NCBI GenBank assembly: GCA_031291825.1
Contig: JARLIG010000009.1
Coordinates: 65,281-129,280, forward strand
Reading direction: 5' to 3'
Origin: Minisyncoccota bacterium
Lineage (GTDB): Bacteria > Patescibacteriota > Minisyncoccia > Phycocordibacterales > UBA9973
Length of the DNA stretch: 64,000 nucleotides
The notes beneath the pieces were generated by a model. It worked only from the letters and a program-made list of their open reading frames with translations, did not search any database and was not told where the DNA came from. Shown one piece after another: positions 61,644 through 64,000 of the stretch. The position numbers were made by a program, and so were the translations under genes. How positions within the stretch are numbered: the stretch's first letter is position 1; every line of letters begins with the position of its first letter.

Positions 61644-61991
61644 TTGGAGTATATTATAACCATGGTAGACCTTAAAGAACTGCAAAAAGAAGTCATCCGA
61701 AACAAGGTAGAGAAAGGTTTCAACACTACAAATACCGCCCTAGAATTTTGCCGCGCATACGAAGAACTTTCCGAAGCTTTTTCAAAATTTAACAAAGGAC
61801 AAGATGGTGTAGCGGAAGAATTTGCCGATGTAATGATTTTCATCTTGGGAATGTGTGAAAATATGGGTTTTGATTTGGAAAAAGAACTCGTCGCAAAAAT
61901 AGAAAAAAATAAAAAACGTAAATATTTGAAAAGTAAATCTCCAGACGGAACCGATGTTTTTATTCGTGTCAAAACAGACGAAGACCCTTAA
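61644..61991 (+). CDS. MazG-like nucleotide pyrophosphohydrolase
   Basis: EELSEAFSKF...EEFADVMIFILGMCENMG MazG helix pair. Confidence 0.7.
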   Translation: MEYIITMVDLKELQKEVIRNKVEKGFNTTNTALEFCRAYEELSEAFSKFNKGQDGVAEEFADVMIFILGMCENMGFDLEKELVAKIEKNKKRKYLKSKSPDGTDVFIRVKTDEDP

Positions 61992-61999
61992 TTTTTTAT

Positions 62000-62506
62000 A
62001 TGAAAAAAGTTACAAAAAAAATTACCAAGGACACCAGACCTTCATGGGATGAATATTTTATTAATCTAGCCGAAATGGTTGGCTCACGAGGCACTTGCGA
62101 CCGAGGTCGTGCTGGGGCAGTATTAGTAAAAAATAAAAGAATTCTTGCGACTGGTTATGTTGGTGCACCAGTGGGCTTGCCTAGTTGTGATGAAGTTGGA
62201 CACGAAATGCATACAGTCATAAATGAAGATGGAACTAAATCCCAACATTGCATCCGCACTGCCCACGCGGAACAAAATGCCATCAACAATGCAGCTAGGA
62301 TGGGAGTAGCGATAGAAGGTGGAACAATTTATTGCAAAATGACACCTTGTTATAAATGCGCTCAAAGCATTATAAATTCTGGAATCCTTAGAGTGGTAAC
62401 ATTAAAAGATTACCACGGAGCAAAAAGAAGCAAAGAAATTTTCAAACAAGCTAAAATAAAATTAGAGATTATCAACAAAGAAATTGAACTATATAAAAAT
62501 CAATAG
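62000..62506 (+). CDS. dCMP deaminase (ComEB-like cytidine/deoxycytidylate deaminase)
   Basis: HAEQNAI and PCYKCAQSI zinc motifs. Confidence 0.8.
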   Translation: MKKVTKKITKDTRPSWDEYFINLAEMVGSRGTCDRGRAGAVLVKNKRILATGYVGAPVGLPSCDEVGHEMHTVINEDGTKSQHCIRTAHAEQNAINNAARMGVAIEGGTIYCKMTPCYKCAQSIINSGILRVVTLKDYHGAKRSKEIFKQAKIKLEIINKEIELYKNQ

Positions 62507-62511
62507 TATTT

Positions 62512-63003
62512 TTATATAAATTTTTCATAAACAGAAAAAGTATAATCAAAAGGATTTTTTTCATCCTTTTTATGTTCTATGTGTGATATTTCATTCCAAA
62601 CGATTGGAATAATTTCTGGGAAAAAGATATCAGCGTCTTTATCTGCCGCATCTACGTGTGTAATATAAAGCTTTTCTGCAACTGGCATCGTTTGTGCATA
62701 TAATTCTCCGCCACCAATTATAAAAACTTCTTCTTGGTCATTTCCTACAATGTCTAACGCCTCACTTAAAGAATGCACAATCTCAACACCTTCTTTTTTG
62801 TAATTTGCGTCTCTTGTAATAACAATATTTTTTCTGTTTGGTAAGGGTCTTCCGATAGATTCAAAAGTTTTTCGTCCCATAATTACGGTATGGGCTAAGG
62901 TAATTTTTTTAAAATGTTCCATGTCCGCCGGCAACTTCCAAAGCAAGGTATTACTCTTCCCTAATTCGTTGTTTTTCCCGATGGCAGCGATTAATGAAAT
63001 CAT
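62512..63003 (-). CDS. folA: dihydrofolate reductase
   Basis: MISLIAAIGKNNELGK...LPADMEHFKKITL...VIMGRKTFESIG. Confidence 0.85.
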   Translation of the reverse strand: MISLIAAIGKNNELGKSNTLLWKLPADMEHFKKITLAHTVIMGRKTFESIGRPLPNRKNIVITRDANYKKEGVEIVHSLSEALDIVGNDQEEVFIIGGGELYAQTMPVAEKLYITHVDAADKDADIFFPEIIPIVWNEISHIEHKKDEKNPFDYTFSVYEKFI

Positions 63004-63008
63004 AATAT

Positions 63009-63950
63009 TTAAACTGCGATAGGTGCTTTAATCCCCTCGTGCGGATTGTAATCAACCAATTCAAAATCTTCAATTGTAAAATCTTCAATATTTTTTTTAT
63101 CAGGATTTATTTTCATTTTTGGCAATGCTCTAATATCACTACGACGGGAAAGCTGTAGATTGGCCTGCTCTAAGTGATTTAAATATAAGTGCACATCTCC
63201 TCCGGTCCAAACAAATTCTCCGGCTTCAAGTCCACAAATCTGAGCGATAATCATAGTAAACAAAGAGTAGGAAGCGATATTAAAAGGAACACCAAGGAAT
63301 GTATCACAAGACCGTTGATATAATTGGCAAGAAAGTTTTCCGTCCACAACATAAAATTGAAAGAAACAGTGACAAGGAGGAAGGCCTGCCTTCGCCATTT
63401 CATCTATATCAGCCACATTCCAAGCAGACACTATTAGTCTTCGTGAATCAGGTGTTTTTTTAATTTCTTGTATAACTTTGGCAAGTTGGTCTATGTGTCC
63501 CCCATTTGGTGTCGGCCAACTTCTCCATTGATATCCATAAATTGGACCAAGATTTCCATAATCTTTGGCAAACTTTTCATCTGTTTTTATTTTTTCAATA
63601 AATTCCTTAATGCCGGCACTCCATTCTTCCGAACCAGTTTTGGGTACATTAATTTTATTTCTAATCAAGTAAGCCTTGTAAGGCCATTCATCCCATATAT
63701 GAACGTTATTGTCTGCTAAATATTTTAAATTTGTATCGCCACGCATAAACCACAACAGTTCATGAATGATTGATTTAATTGGAACTTTTTTAGTCGTTAA
63801 AAGAGGAAAACCATCAGATAAGTTAAAACGCATCTGATATCCAAGAATGCTTTTCGTACCCGTACCCGTTCGATCAGTCTTTGTTGCGCCATTTTTTATA
63901 ATGTGTTCCAAAAGATCTAAATAAGATTCATCAACATGTTTGCCTTGCAT
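63009..63950 (-). CDS. thyA: thymidylate synthase
   Basis: 313 aa with conserved ThyA motifs ([11 protein letters not shown] active-site Cys region). Confidence 0.95.
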   Translation of the reverse strand: MQGKHVDESYLDLLEHIIKNGATKTDRTGTGTKSILGYQMRFNLSDGFPLLTTKKVPIKSIIHELLWFMRGDTNLKYLADNNVHIWDEWPYKAYLIRNKINVPKTGSEEWSAGIKEFIEKIKTDEKFAKDYGNLGPIYGYQWRSWPTPNGGHIDQLAKVIQEIKKTPDSRRLIVSAWNVADIDEMAKAGLPPCHCFFQFYVVDGKLSCQLYQRSCDTFLGVPFNIASYSLFTMIIAQICGLEAGEFVWTGGDVHLYLNHLEQANLQLSRRSDIRALPKMKINPDKKNIEDFTIEDFELVDYNPHEGIKAPIAV

Positions 63951-64000
63951 GAATAGATTATAACAAATAAAGGAAAAATAAAAAAACCGCCGGACCCCCA

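Noticed and set aside
1-64000. Alternative genetic code (UGA recoding, code 25 as in Gracilibacteria/SR1)
   Set aside because: The major elongation-factor and r-protein genes, recG, ftsH and nrdJ read through as full-length proteins with the standard code and normal stops.
1-64000. CRISPR array
   Set aside because: Repeats found are irregularly spaced intergenic palindromes and short AT-rich units, not regularly spaced direct repeats with unique spacers; no cas genes.

Overview
This is a low-GC (roughly one-third GC by eye) bacterial segment in which almost everything is housekeeping. It carries the tuf/fusA/rpsL-rpsG 'str' genes and an almost complete S10-spc ribosomal-protein gene string (rpsJ...rplO-secY-adk-map) on the minus strand. 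L30 is absent. Other minus-strand genes are the B12-dependent class II ribonucleotide reductase (nrdJ), ftsH, smpB with tmRNA, ndk, map, adk, thyA and folA; plus-strand genes include recG, infC-rpmI-rplT, murB and secE-nusG-rplK. The major elongation-factor and r-protein genes read through cleanly under the standard code, so UGA recoding is not supported.

From the small proteins, missing L30, a tRNA-Ile with a UAU anticodon, a type IV pilin and tiny intergenic promoters, I infer a Patescibacteria/CPR-like organism. This is inference only.

The striking feature is that the normally contiguous r-protein super-operon has been broken at five junctions by accessory insertions:
- rplB|rpsS (the 2 kb island described next)
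- rplE|rpsN (type IV pilin plus two small tail-anchored paralogs)
- fusA|rpsG (ParD/RelE toxin-antitoxin plus a secreted FN3/peptidoglycan-binding protein)
- tuf|fusA (an oppositely oriented sigma-70-like gene)
- rplK| (rplA-rplJ-rplL replaced by an ATP-grasp ligase, MazG and dCMP deaminase)

The most unusual piece is a GC-rich ~2 kb non-homologous island at 36.56-38.69 kb, between rplB and rpsS. It contains repeated cassettes of promoter box, Shine-Dalgarno-led small ORF (45-82 aa) and GC-rich perfect hairpin. It also holds a candidate ~160 nt sRNA with a canonical intrinsic terminator, two tiny membrane proteins, and a fresh strong promoter that restarts rpsS.

The window also carries several genome-specific intergenic repeat families and many -10 boxes sitting directly on start codons, suggesting leaderless mRNAs. 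Six tRNA/tmRNA genes are present.
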